From: Felis catus | Taxonomy: Eukaryota | Reading direction: 5' to 3' | DNA length: 64,000 nt | Assembly (NCBI RefSeq): GCF_018350175.1 | Contig: NC_058378.1 | Location: 1,364,001 to 1,428,000 of the forward strand | Shown: piece by piece, positions 49,990 through 62,662 of the stretch | Layout: each line of letters opens with the position of its first letter | Numbering within the stretch: position 1 is the stretch's first letter | Notes under the pieces: model-generated | The model's input: only the letters and a program-made list of their open reading frames with translations | What the model was told of the DNA's origin: nothing | Databases searched by the model: none | Made by a program: the position numbers and the translations under genes

Positions 49990-52292
49990 TAGAGAATCTC
50001 TAGGTGAATGCTGTTTAGTGCGTGTTAGAGTGAGAGCAAAGATCTTCACATCCAGGGCCACTTCCCCAAGCCCGTCAGCTTGCTTCCTCTCTGGTTTCCT
50101 TGTCTCCGATGTTCTAAACCTTCATCCATGGACCAGCCGGCCAAGCTAGTCACGGCTCCTGTGAGTCAGACTATATTCCTACCTTGGCTATTCTCTCTAC
50201 ACAAAATGGGTGAAATAGCATCCACTGGGAGGATTCTTTCCTACCTGCTGTTCTTTAGGACCACTCCTGATTTTGGGTTCAGCACAGCCCTCACCCTTTA
50301 TCAGCTTGCGTCCTATCCTGAGCAACGCAACTGTTAAGCAAGCTTTGCCTTTTTCCTCCTCCATCAGCCAATCATAAGGCAAACCAGAGTGGACGTAAGT
50401 TTGAGCTGAAGAAGAAGCCACAGAGGGACAGTAGTGGACACCAGGGAGGCTACCTGCTCACAGAGCTTATCTGTGTCCTTTCGTGCTGGTTTGTGCCCGA
50501 TCTTGAACATACCATTTTCTCCTCACTAAATGTCTGCTGCGCTAACCTTACCTTTGACTTATGAGCTCTCACAGAAATGATTGTGAACCAGTTCTGATCA
50601 CATGGTCATTTGATATGTCAGGATCTCCATTACTACCAGGGTCATAGCTCTTGAGAAATATTTTTGGATAGTGTACAATTCTGTGCTGCCAGTGTCCAAA
50701 ACTTAGTCCATTAGCCTAGAGCTCTTAGCTATTATTTTCATACTGGGGATGCCAGGAGCTCTACACAGGGAATTTTCCAACTGCATAGAGATCTCTCGTG
50801 TCCGTTGAGTTGTATTATTCAAATGACAGGGCCACTTAAGTTGCCACCTGGACCACAGAGCCCTTTTGTATTCTGAATCCCACGCAAAACGGATGGTTTT
50901 CCATGTCTGTCTTCATCTGCTCAGGCTGCCTCTGTAACAAAATTCCATAGCCTGGGCGGCTCAAACGGCAGACATTTATTTCTCACAGTTCTGGAGGCCA
51001 GAAGTCCAAGATCAAGGTATCGGCCAATGCGGTTTCTAGCTTGCAGACAGCCACCATATTGCTCTGTGCTCACATGACTGCTTCCTCGTGAGCATGCAAG
51101 AGAGCTCTGGTGTCTCCTTCTTGGTCTTCCCAGAACACTAATCCCATCATGAGGGCCCTACTCTCATGGTCTCGTCTAAACCCAACTACCTCTCAAAGGC
51201 CCTCTTTCCAAATACCATCACCCTGGGGGGCAGGACTTCAATACATGAAGCTGGGGAGAAGGAGACACAATTCAGGCTATAGCGATGTCACTTGGTCAAA
51301 GCGGTAAATGTGACACAGCTTTGTTGACAAGTTTGGAACATGCTGTCTCCAGAACCAGAAGATTACCAGGTATTGTGCTTCTTTCTGAGTAAGATGACAA
51401 CACAAGGCAGAGACTTTTCCTTTACTTTGGAGAGCATGTCCCAGTATCCCTTGGACACCTAGATCACTAAAAAAAATCACTGATACGTGAAGGTTTTCAA
51501 CCCTTTTTTTCCATTTCCATGGTCTAGAGCACAGGTATCTTACCAACACCTGCAATGTATTTGCCAATTCTTAGTCATCTACTTCAACCAACGACATGCC
51601 ATTGACAGGATGACTAATGTGTTGTTCGGCGGATTGTATAGATCTTCCAGATGCATCCAGATTGTATTTTGAGAGAGGGCAGGAGAGTTATCTAGCTCTG
51701 AATAACATCATACACATGCACTGTTCTCTGTTCCATGAGATCGTGAAATGCATCTGGCCCATCCACCTCCATAAGGACGGAAAAGAGCACATTTATCAGA
51801 CTTAAGAGTTAATTACTGTATAATTGAGTCTGTGATGTAGTCCCAATTTCATGCTCCATCCCGTACTGGTTTGGCACTCCCCATACCAGTTTCCATACAG
51901 ACTATCCTAGCTTTTACCGCCGTGCAGCTCTTCATGATACGGCCCGTGTGACTCCCACTTCACCTTAAATCTGTGATTAATGACCTTCAGCTTTCCATTG
52001 TCTGTCACTGATCTATCAATTACCCCCACAGTGTCATTCAGTTCCTTAGTACTTATCATTCATATTTGTGAATTAGAACATTGCACTTGCCAGTACATCC
52101 CCCACCTCAACTATCTCCCCTTCGTTCAACACTAGTAACCCCTAACAAACGTGCACCTCCGGCATTACAAGGGCTGCCATTGCTCCGTCTACCAGCTACG
52201 ATAGATCTTCACTTTCACGTGTCACTGATGTGGGATCCACGCCAGTGTCTCACTTTAGAGTCCGCCTCCTGAGCACGCTTCTGGTACCCGCG
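49990..52292 (-). mobile_element. Decayed ERV-L (class III; HERV16/ERV3-16A3-like) internal region: leader/gag remnant and pol RT-RNase H
   Basis: Minus-strand peptides align with ERV-L Pol: NSPALSQN, LANTLQVLVRYL, TQKEAQYLVIFWFWRQHVPNL, KWYVQDRAQT, GLPYDWLMEEEKGKA, SLAGWS, IGDKE, DVKIFA; no intact ORF. Confidence 0.82.
50903..51282 (-). mobile_element. MLT1A/MLT1A0 MaLR LTR inserted into the ERV-L pol
   Basis: Reverse strand GCTATAGCCTGAATTGTGTCTCC...GTGATGGTATTTGGAAAGAGGGCCTTTGAGAGGTAGTTGGGTTTAGACGAG; + strand ACATTTATTTCTCACAGTTCTGGAGGCCAGAAGTCCAAGATCAAGG. Confidence 0.88.
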
Positions 52293-52685
52293 GTCTTACG
52301 GTGGAGTCTGTAAGATGGAGACATGTGCTGGATCGACGCCTACAGGAAGGAAGTATCATTGGGAGGTGCCAGGCTGTTGGGGCGGTATGGCAGACGGTCC
52401 TAATCAATCTCGCAGGCAGCCTTGGACTTGGGATGGCCCTTGACAACCTCCCTGCTCTGAGGAAGAGAGCCAGCCCAGACCAATACTGGGATATGGGATA
52501 AGAGGACAATGGGTCTTTCTGGCTGACAGAAGGTTCCAGAGAGGAACTCAGCTGAGCACGGTTGGTTCCCAACACCCTCCGAAGCTGGGGGAGTCAGTAC
52601 CTGACAGAGTTGGGGACGGCATTCCATGGACTCCCAATATAGCAGCTTTAAAGGACTCCATGAGAGTGCGAAATGAGAAATCCTC
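52293..52685 (-). mobile_element. Probable 5' LTR (LTR16-like) of the ERV-L remnant
   Basis: GGGATGGCCCTT motif; reverse-strand junction ...TAAGACC|GCGGGTACCAGAAGCGTGCTCAGGAGGCGGACTCTAAA resembles LTR/internal boundary. Confidence 0.5.
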
Positions 52686-52694
52686 ATTATTTCT

Positions 52695-52914
52695 TCTTTT
52701 TTTAATTTTTTTTTAATGTTTATTTATTTTTGAGAGAAAGAGAGACAGAGTACAAGCAGGGGAGGGGCGGAGAGAGGGAGACACAGCATCGAAGCAGGTT
52801 CCAGGCTCAGAGCTGTCAGCACAGAGCCCAACGCGGGGCCTGAAATCACGCTCTGCGAGATCGTGACCTGAGCCGAAGTCAGAGACCCAACTGACTGAGC
52901 CATCCAGGCGCCCC
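52695..52914 (-). mobile_element. CanSINE
   Basis: Ends CATCCAGGCGCCCC; TSD TCATTATTTCT. Confidence 0.95.
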
Positions 52915-55849
52915 TCATTATTTCTGATGAACCTTCACCCCGAACCTGTGTGCACGTCAGAGACAGAAAGTAACTGAGTCGCCGCAGTCCTGGCTGAGAA
53001 GACTGGTGAGGAATAGAGAAGTTCTCCTCCAATAGGATGGAGCCAGAGCTCTAAACGGAGTTATCAGGGATTCTGTCCAAGTGGGGACATTCTATTCTTC
53101 CCCCTGTGGATGTGGCTGGATGCTTTCCTGCCTGGCTATGTCTCGAAGAATCCTCATTGCACATACACATAGAGGTATTTTATGATTATCCTTTCTCTTC
53201 AACCAAGGTAACTTAGTTTTTACAGGACAAATGGTATTTAGGGCAAAATGGGAAAGCTTTGCCAAAGATCTTTTCAGGATTGTTCATTAGTCTTGAATTT
53301 TGCTGCTTCTCTGTATTGTCAGGTGTTGGCAAATGTTTTTGTTATCACGATAGAATTAACATCATAAATGTATGATGCATAACACTGACTGATCCTTGTT
53401 CAGGGTTCATTGTGCTTCAATTTCCTTGACAAATTAAATAAATGTCATCAATATTACTTCATGCAATGTGTTTTAAGGAAGCACAATTTAGTCAATTAAG
53501 TTTACGTCAGGGCAATATAATGTTTTAACTTATTTACTTAAACACAGAATCAAAATTGACAGACGTAAATTTGCATTAGTAATAGCACATGATGTATCAT
53601 TCTTTATAAAAGCCACATCTCAGCATCTTCTGGACATGTGTGAAATATAATCTATTCTGAAAGACTATATTCTCTCCATTTTTCCCCAGATTGTTGGCGC
53701 GGAGATATTTTAGAACACTAATTGGGCTTACTTTGTAAATCGTATATTAAAGGTGATCTCTCTCTAATAAGCACATGGATAGTATCATGCAAAATTACTT
53801 TTCATTTAATTTAAGTGCTTCAATTTACGTGGTTGACATAATCCTGTAGCTTCACATTTATAGCTGGGCTAAAGCCACTCTTTATTCAAGAATTTTTTCC
53901 AGCAGAATGGATTGCATTTAAATGTAAATTCAGTTTTATGAAGCTTAGAAAACCTGTTTTTTGACATGGAAATTTTTGAAAAAGATAAATGAAGTGAACT
54001 GATGTAACACAGAACAAGAATAATCCTTCAAATCTTAATCAGTTAAAGAGGGGATATAGTTTCATAAAATGGCATAGTATAGTAAAGTCAGAGAAAATTT
54101 AAATGTGATAAAGAAAAATAAAGAAAAATTATGTCACCATTATACTTATGTGAAAGGAAAGAACTGACTCCAAATTATTACAGCAAATCAGCTGCTAGAA
54201 TTTTCTGAAGCTCTTTATAGCAATATTATCATTTTTTGCACATACCTTTTTGTGATCTGGTATTCCTCCAAGAGTATACTTTTTGTTTTTTTATTATTAA
54301 AAATGATAATGTGATGCTGCTAGAAACTGGGTATGTCACATGCAATCTGCTAAGGGACAGGTGCTATCTTGAGATACGTACTTAGATGGGACACACTAGG
54401 AATAATACTTAATACTTGGAGATAGCAAAGTAAGAAACCATCAAAATAAAACACACAATAGTTCTCATCTTAAGCATATGTTCAGCTGAATTGATATTCT
54501 AAAATTATTAAAAGTCTGCTCACTTTGTAGTTGTGATAGATTACATAACTTTTAAAGAGCACATATTACCTTTATAGATCACATAAGTTATTAATATTTG
54601 ATCCATTTACTTGCTAAGTGAAATAAAATGTATTTATGTTACCTTTGCGTTCCAAGGAAAAGAAAGAAGGGTCCTACGGAAATGATTTCGTTATTAGCTT
54701 CTACACTCACACGGAGGGTGACATAGAATTAATGTCAGAGTTGTTAACACCAATGGCAAGCTTCAGGCTTTCAGTTTACGGAGATTTCCCACTTTTGCAA
54801 CTGTGTCTAACTTACTAAAGCAGGGGAGAGCTGGTTGCTTAGCAACATTTGTATTTCTATTGTTTAATTTCATGAATTGTCAGCATATCAGTGTAGAATT
54901 TACCACAAAGTAAGAGCGAGAACAGCAGCACACCCCTAATGCATTCCTGGTTTTACCTGGAGTGTTGTTGGTCAGCATGACAGACAGGAGAGAAAAGTGT
55001 AATTTGAAATATCTGTGGTATGGTCTAGGGATTCGACAAGTGACTTATGCTGCCTTAAAATCAGAGCAATGAATTTTAAAAAAAAATTAGTTTTTGTTTA
55101 AATGCCAAAGAACTAAAAGCCGGTCACATTTTCCTTCCTGTGGCAAGAAAACTTAGCTGTACAATATTTTAGAATCTAAAATGCATACCTTCAAAACATT
55201 TATATTGACCAAGACATCAAGTTATTAATTGTGTCAAATATAATTCACAGAAAGTGTCTGAATATGCTGCATAAAAAACAACCAAAACTCATGTAAATTT
55301 ATTCAGTGGTGGTTCCGCTCTACTTTGGGGAGCATTTTATACGGCAGGGATATTAATGTGCACTCTTCCATTTATTAGGAAAAAGACTGAAGCCAATAGC
55401 TCTGCCTCCTTAGCTCCATTTTCAAGTCAGGGTACAAATGGTGTGGGATTTAATCACCGCTCATGTAACTGAAGCGTTTCCCTCTATGGAACTTACTCGT
55501 TTGGGGATGAAAAGCCCTACATCCTATTTGCTTTCACTCGGAATTCTGGGGAACCTACAGATTAACAGATCCTGTTCAGAGGGTTTCCATGGAAGGCACA
55601 CGTCTTGAAGTGACCACATTTTCTCATTTCTCTTTGTGACTTAGCACTGTGGTAAATGCCTGGGTGCAACCCTCAGGACTTTCTGAGACACACTGTTACA
55701 ACATCAAGAGTGGAAGCCCCTGAAATTCTGCTTCGGCGTCACATGACTTGGTCTTGTCAGGGTCAGATTTCTACATACATATGGTGGGTTGGATAGACAC
55801 GTCTGCCTCCACCTGCACTGAGTCCCACCAGGGATAGGAAGTGACCTTT

Positions 55850-56620
55850 CAGAGGACAGATTATCTCGAGAAAAAAAGAGAAGAGACCAAAACGTTTTGG
55901 AGACTGAAAAACAGAGGACTTGTGGTGATTTACCCAGCAGTCCTGAATCCTAATTAGCAGTGGATAAAGCTGGAGAGGTCACTCTACCTCATCCCCACAA
56001 GACCCAGAGATTAGTAGCACCTAGGATAGACTTCTGGGCAAACTGGAGATAAACCAGAATGCTTGCCTTAAGTTGCTTTTTTTTTTTAGACGCTAAACCC
56101 CCCTATGGCTTCCTTCCTTTGAGAATCTGGATGGTTACTCCTCTCTGATGTGACAGAGTATTAGGGGTGTGTTTTTCTAGAAAACATAAAGCAGAATGGA
56201 GACCAGAAGGCACTGTTGAAGGAAAGCAGTGCCATTGAAACAGGCATTGACTGAAATTGATGTTGTGAATACTGGGTTCCCACCCTCTTCTCCTCCTCAG
56301 CTCCCAGCATGATGGCGGCACCCAGGTAAGAGAATGTTGTATTGCAGATTGCAGGTGCAGGCGGGACATCACCATCCAGAAGGAAAAACACTCAAATGTA
56401 CTAATATTCCCTCCATGAAGACACAATCCCAGGGAACCCTGCAGTCAACAAGCCCACCTATGGACACAAAACTTCCAATCAGCTTTTCACTGGCCCTCTC
56501 ATATGTAAGAGCACGTAGATAAAGATCACCATGCCCTTAATTAAACCTCTATATCAAATCAGAGACGAAACAAAAGACCAATGTGGAGGAAAGAGAAGAA
56601 ACTGAGAGCACGCTGCGGTA
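55850..56620 (+). mobile_element. HAL1-like LINE 5' fragment
   Basis: ACTTCCAATCAGCTTTTCACTGG...AAGATCACCA...AAACCTCTA...CAGAGACGAAACAAA resembles HAL1. Confidence 0.45.
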
Positions 56621-58439
56621 ACATCACTAGAGGAACGAAGCATCACGAAGCAGGAATGGACTACTACGTAAAAAGAACATCCCAGAGACATGGCTCGGAC
56701 CATGGAACAGGGATGCTTCAGGTGCCACAAGGGGACGGCTGGCTGTCTGGCTGCAGACCCACCAGCACACCATCCAGATGTCAGAAGGACCCCGTCCTTA
56801 CTAATGAAATGGCCAGACACCCCTGAATCGATGCAGTGTTTCTCCCAGAGACACACAGCACTGGGCCATGTCAACGGGGTCAGGGGGCCCTTCCTCACCT
56901 GCCCCTTACCAGCCCCAGAGGAGGCAGGGAGCCCGACCGAGCCCGGCAGATGCCATTTGCACAGGCCGGGAGGCCTGCTTTCCCACCATCCACAGCTTTG
57001 CCGGGAACATACCACTTACCCTTGTTCTCCCAGAGCACTTACTAGAGCACCACCCTCAACCTCGCCTGAATCCAGCGCGGGGAAGAGTTACACGGTCACC
57101 TTACTCGTCTATCTCAGCTGCCTGTTAGCTCCAGCGTCCACGAGACAGAAAACAAAGTCCACCAGACATTCCGCTGGTCAAGTTACCGAATCTGAGCTGT
57201 TTAAGGATCCTGACCATGCCCCCCACCGCTGGATGGCCAGCAAGCTCTGTGTGGGGCGAGCGCTCCCTGCAAGGCTCTTCTCCACAGCCAGGACCGGGAG
57301 GCCCTCGGTTGTCCCAAATCCAGCCTGCACCTGCCACATGCAGTCACCCCTCCTGTGATTTCTTCCAGGAAAACTCCAGCGAGGGCCAGCAATGAGCCAA
57401 GGACCGTGCAAGGCCTGAAGGATAGAGCTCTTAGCTACGTTGATGCCTTCCCTCTGAAAATCCCCTAGTAAGTAATTTTTGAAAGGGCATGCTTAAATTG
57501 CTGAATAGAGAATTACCATAAATGAGTTCTCCATTTCTGCATTGGCTTTGTTAGTTGGAAAGCAATTGTTTTACTAACGAACCAAAACAAGCCATTAAAT
57601 TATGTGAATTCACCTTCTCTGGATGCCTGGAGGTCCAGTAGAGAAGCTTATTCTCTGGCCTAGAGGGGGCTCACACCATATCTGCCTTCCCTAACATGTC
57701 TCAATCCTGGGACCTTAGGGGCCAGAAAGTCGCACTGAGTGTGGTGACGGTTGACCATCAATCAGAAACGTTCCGTCTTCTCCTCGAGGAGATCCCTCAC
57801 CGTATTGTCACTGCTTGAGAACAGGGGGACTCTGTCCTTCCTTTCAGCTCTGGGTCAGATCCCATATGCGGCCAATTCCGTGATGGCGATGAACGGGTTA
57901 CTCTCCTTTGCGTCGGCTTGTGCGTCAGAGCAAACGAGCCCTCAGGCGGGAGAGCCAGGCTCCAGGGGAGGCGTGCTCTGGGTCCCGGAGAGAGGCTGTA
58001 GCCACGTAGCCCAGTGTGTGGGCTGCACACAAAGTACTGACTGACGTCTGGGGGTGGGGGGGGCATTTCCTGCAAGTCTGATGTCAGAAGCCAGGACAGT
58101 CAGATGGCCGTGACGTGCCCCTCATACGGGAGATGCTCGGTAGTGCTACACTGAAGCTCCTGGACGAGTGCTGGGTAAGTCTTACCTCCTGGAGGACGAA
58201 TAACAGCCCCGTTTTTCCTTTAGTGTTATTTCACATTACTCCGCATTTCAAAAGTCCACATGTACGAAATGGCATCTTATTTTGGTTTCTCAGAGCTTAA
58301 AAATGATAAAAAAGCAAATTGATGAAGTAAAAGATACTGGTTCTTATTTTGTTTATCAGCCAAGCACCACATGAATTGTCAAAATGTTGTACCAGCACTT
58401 AAAGAGTAAGATACGTGGAGGGAGGCTGAGTTGCCCAAG

Positions 58440-58655
58440 TTACATCACCTGTGGCTCTTTTAGACCAGCTGTCAGTCAGCCAACCGGTAGGCGCCAGCCC
58501 GTAACTGGCTACAAGCAGGTGACTGAGTGAGAAAGCCCACCCACACGGGCAGCTAAACCCACAGACTCGTGAACCAATTAAGATCTCTTCTTTTATGCCC
58601 CTGATGTTTGAGTTATTTGTTATGCACCATTATCGCGGCAAGGGGTAACAGGTAC
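58440..58655 (+). mobile_element. MLT1 (H/I/J-like) LTR 3' part
   Basis: AACCCACAGACTCGTGAACCAATTAA...TTTTATGCCCCTGATGTTTGAGTTATTTGTTATGCACCATT. Confidence 0.6.
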
Positions 58656-59309
58656 GCTTGCATGGTTTAAATGTTGCACTTATTGGCATGCGCACAACTG
58701 GTCTACCCAGATTTGCGAAGAGATGAGAAGGATGGATGGGGCAGGGTTGTGAGCAGTCGCTGGAGATAAGCCCACAGGTGAAGCCTGGCTCCTGGGCAGG
58801 GTGTTGGCCGTGCTGGGATCCCAGGGGGAGGGGAGCTTGGTTAATGTACTTACCAGTTATTTGTCTGAAAGTATATATTATACTTCTATTGATATTGTAT
58901 ATATACTTATGATATAGAATTCATATGTGTCATACACATTGTACTTGTATCAATATTGTATATTACACATGAGTATATAATTCACTGGTCAATACACCAC
59001 CATACTTGGTCTGTTTAATATTCACAATTGTTTACTGAAAGAGGGAGCAGATTTCCATTTTGTAAGGATGGAGCTATGAGAGGTCAGGTGTGGGCTGGTG
59101 TCGAACTAGCAAGAAGAACCCGAAAACATTTCCGACTCCCCAAGTCTGCACCTTGTTTGTCACTGCATCGTATCGATTCCTATTTGAAATACTTCATTCC
59201 CTCAAATATTCCACACACATTCATTGGTTTGGGCATTTCTGAGGAGAAAAGCTTGTTGTTTTATTGTTGTCTGTCTAGTTGTTTTACGCATTTCAAGAAG
59301 GACACATTC

Positions 59310-59472
59310 AGGGCACCTGGGTGGCTCAGATGGTTAAGCGTCTGACTCTGGCTCAGGTCACCATCTCACGGTTAATGGGTTCAAGCCCCATGTCGGGCTC
59401 TGTGCTGACAGCTCGGAGCCTGGAGCCTGCTTTTGATTCTGTGTCTCCCTCTCTGCCCCTCCCTCACTCGTG

Positions 59473-59516
<44 letters not shown>

Positions 59517-59550
59517 AAAAAATAAACTTTAAAAAAATGTTTTTAATCAC
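59310..59550 (+). mobile_element. CanSINE with long (CT)n
   Basis: GGGCACCTGGGTGGCTCAGATGGTTAAGCG head; perfect TSD TCAAGAAGGACACATTC. Confidence 0.96.
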
Positions 59551-60887
59551 TCAAGAAGGACACATTCCCAAGATTCGGTGTATTAGGAACCAAATTTCCT
59601 CACTTGGTTGATATTGTTCATCCAAAGCCCCTTCAGGACATCTTTACATTGAGGTTCTGGGTCATACGTCAGAGTTAATGTTCAATGGAAAACTGAGGTC
59701 AAAGGGATAAAAAAGGGAAAGAGAGGGAGAAGGGGTTAGAGAGTCAGGAGCTGCATTCAGAGTTAGAAACGAAAACTGCAGGAAAGCTAGGTTCTCCTGT
59801 CTCACAGCTGACCGGCAGTCGGGGCTCAGTAGCAGTGAGCTCTCCGGCAGTCTCCTCGTTTCACTACCTACTATCACAGTACACATCATACACTCCCATC
59901 CACACACACATACGGGGTCTAAACCACAGAACCCTGTTTAGTAGGAAGGTCCCCGTTCTCCATGTAGCCTGTGCTAGTGAACACAACTACAATTAAACAG
60001 AATGTGTTCAGGAAAATTCCTGGGCAGTCATGCCCTTGAAAGCCTTCTTAATTTACAACCTAAATGGGGTGGCTGTTAAAGAAAATTGTAACACAGTATT
60101 AAATTCTTATAGCCCTGCTCCCCACCCTAGAAAAGAGGCTTAGCAAAAATGCCTCTTTGTTTTCGGTGAGTTTTGCGCTGAACTTTGATGAAAGAAATCA
60201 AATGTAAAGCAATCTGTGGGTTATTAGGCATTTGTACAAATCCAGATTAGTTTTTGACCCGGTTTATTTCCTACAGCCTCACAAACACGGAATTCCAAAT
60301 CTTCAGCTTGCTCCCTACTCCTAACCCACGATGTAACTCATTATTTGTTAAGGGAATACATTTGTTAGGGAAATACATAAGTAAACATTTGAATGTGGGA
60401 TTAAAGAGTGCATCAATATTTATTCCTGCATACCTTGTACGAATGACTGATTCCTGTAGGCAAGTGACTATATCTAAAATGAATTTGATGGGGTGTTTCA
60501 GAAAATATTATTGGCTACACCCATTGCTTTGAATAGGGATAGGTGGACAGAAATGCACACACACACATACATGAAATACACTTTTTATCTCTGTAATCGC
60601 TAATACGTTACTAAGACACTACTGTTTTCGCGTCGTGTGCACATTTAGGAAAGGACTGTAGTCCCGTTATAAAACAGGGGGTGATGGACCTGTTGTCTGT
60701 ACAGCTTCGATAGTGTATGAATATTGGCAAATCAGGAAGACTTCCTGAAGAATATGTTCTTTTCTTGCTTTTATTGCTATCAGTCTGGCAATTATTCAGC
60801 GGAACTGCCCTTATTTTCAGTTCGTTACAAGGCCACAGTCCTGCCACAGTCCATAGATTCTCCAGAGCTGCTTTAAAGTGCAGTCAC

Positions 60888-61112
60888 GGGGCGCCTGGGT
60901 GGCGCAGTCAGTTAAGCGTCCGACTTCAGCCAGGTCACGATCTCGCGGTCCGTGAGTTCGAGCCCCGCGTCAGGCTCTGGGCTGATGGCTCAGAGCCTGG
61001 AACCTGTTTCCGATTCTGTGTCTCCCTCTCTCTCTGCCCCTCCCCCGTTCATGCCCTGTCTCTCTCTGTCCCAAAAATAAATAAACGTTGAAAAAAAAAA
61101 TTTTTTTTTTAA
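60888..61112 (+). mobile_element. Young cat CanSINE (SINEC_Fc)
   Basis: Near-consensus; A10T10 tail; perfect TSD AAAGTGCAGTCAC. Confidence 0.97.
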
Positions 61113-61370
61113 AAAGTGCAGTCACACAGGCAAACATTTTTTGTTGAATGTATTTGTTTCTTGTGACAGAGTTGATATATTGTGGTTTGTCCTTAATATG
61201 ATATAAAGACGGATGCTAATAGAAGTTTGAGAAAAATACAAACGAGTTTCCTTATTTACTTATACCAAGCTGTCAGACTATTGCTGGAAAATATTCATTG
61301 GGCAAAATCTTTACTCATGTGAAGAGGGATCCCTTGTATAGTTCTTAAATATAAAAAATAGATAGTCAGC

Positions 61371-61620
61371 TGGAGCTGGCCCAGTGGCTCAGTCGGTAAC
61401 ACGTCTGACTCTTGTTTTCGGCTCAAGTCATGATCTCACAGTTTGTGAGTTCAAGACCCGCTTCGGGTTCTGTGCTGAAAGTGTGGAGCCTGCTTGGGAT
61501 TCTCTCTCTCCCTCTCTCTCTGCCCCTCCCCTGTTCGTGGTCTCTCTCTCTCTCTCAAAATAAGTAAACAAAAAATATTTAATAAATGAATACATTAAAT
61601 AAATAAATAAATAAAAATAA
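61371..61620 (+). mobile_element. CanSINE (older)
   Basis: GTGGCTCAGTCGGTAACACGTCTGACTCTTG; TSD AAAAAATAGATRGTCAGC. Confidence 0.92.
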
Positions 61621-61710
61621 AAAAATAGATGGTCAGCAAAAAGATAAAAATAAACTTGCAAAAGGAAGTCAATCTGACATCAGTATGTTTGTGTCACTTA
61701 ACATTTTTAT

Positions 61711-61842
61711 AAGGAGGGCACTTGGGGTCAGCACTGGGTGTTGTATGTAAGTGATGAACCACTAAATTGTACTCCTGAAACTAATATTACACTGTATGCT
61801 AACCAACTGGAATTTAAATAAAAACTCAAAACTACAAAGAAA
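61711..61842 (+). mobile_element. Carnivore L1 extreme 3' end
   Basis: AAGGAGGGCACTTG...AGCACTGGGTGTTGTATGTAAGTGATGAACCACTAAATTGTACTCCTGAAACTAATATTACACTGTATG. Confidence 0.88.
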
Positions 61843-62238
61843 TGTATAGAATGTTGTAAACAATTTATGAAATTATGAAAATATCACATTGTAGTCTCAC
61901 AGGTATTTCTATTAAAAAGGTAGAATGTTTTGAAACTATAATACATTAAATTAACATAATATAATAAATTTATGAAACCCTATCCTAAGAAAACTTTACC
62001 ATGTGATTCATGTTAGTATCTACCAAAAAATAGTTAATGATTTTGCATCAACAATGTGCAAATATGTGCTGAAATATAGTGACAATACTAATGAGAATAG
62101 TTTGGTATGACTCTGCCCTGAGATATCTAGTGGAAATGTTTTTATATTTAGGTCAACACGTGTCACATTTCCTGCTATTCCATTGGCAATATCGTCATGC
62201 ACTTACTGTAAGGCTATGACAGCAAGTAAAATGCACCA

Positions 62239-62662
62239 TTTATTTTTTTAAATATATTTATTTAAATTCAAGTTAGTTAACATACAGTGTAGTATTGGTT
62301 CCAGGAGTAGAACCCACTGACTCATCACTTGTATACAATGCCCAGGGCTCATCCCAACAAGTGCCCTCCTCAGTGCCCATCACCCATGTAGCCCATCCCC
62401 CACGCCCTTCCCTCCATCAACCCTCAGTTTGTTCTCTGTGTTTAAGACTCTCTTCTGGTTTGCCTCTCTCTCTGTTTTCATCTTACTTTAGCTTCCCTTC
62501 CCCTATGCTCGTCTGTTGAGGGTCTTAAATGCCACATATGAGTGAAATTATGTGATACCTGTCTTGCTCTGCATGAATTATTTCGCTTAGCGCATAATAC
62601 ACTCTAGTTCCATCTACGTTGCTGCAAATGGCAACATTTCATTCCTTTTGATCACTGAGTCA
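62239..62662 (-). mobile_element. 5'-truncated carnivore L1 3' end
   Basis: TTAGTTAACATACAGTGTAGTATTGG...GCTCATCCCAACAAGTGCCCTCCTCAGTGCCCATCACCC...GTTGCTGCAAATGGCAAC; TSD-like GCACCAT. Confidence 0.9.

Noticed and set aside
56690-57358. Longest ORF in window (222 aa)
   Set aside because: Pro/Ser/Arg/Cys-rich composition typical of chance ORFs in GC-rich DNA; overlapping ORFs on both strands; no motif or splice support
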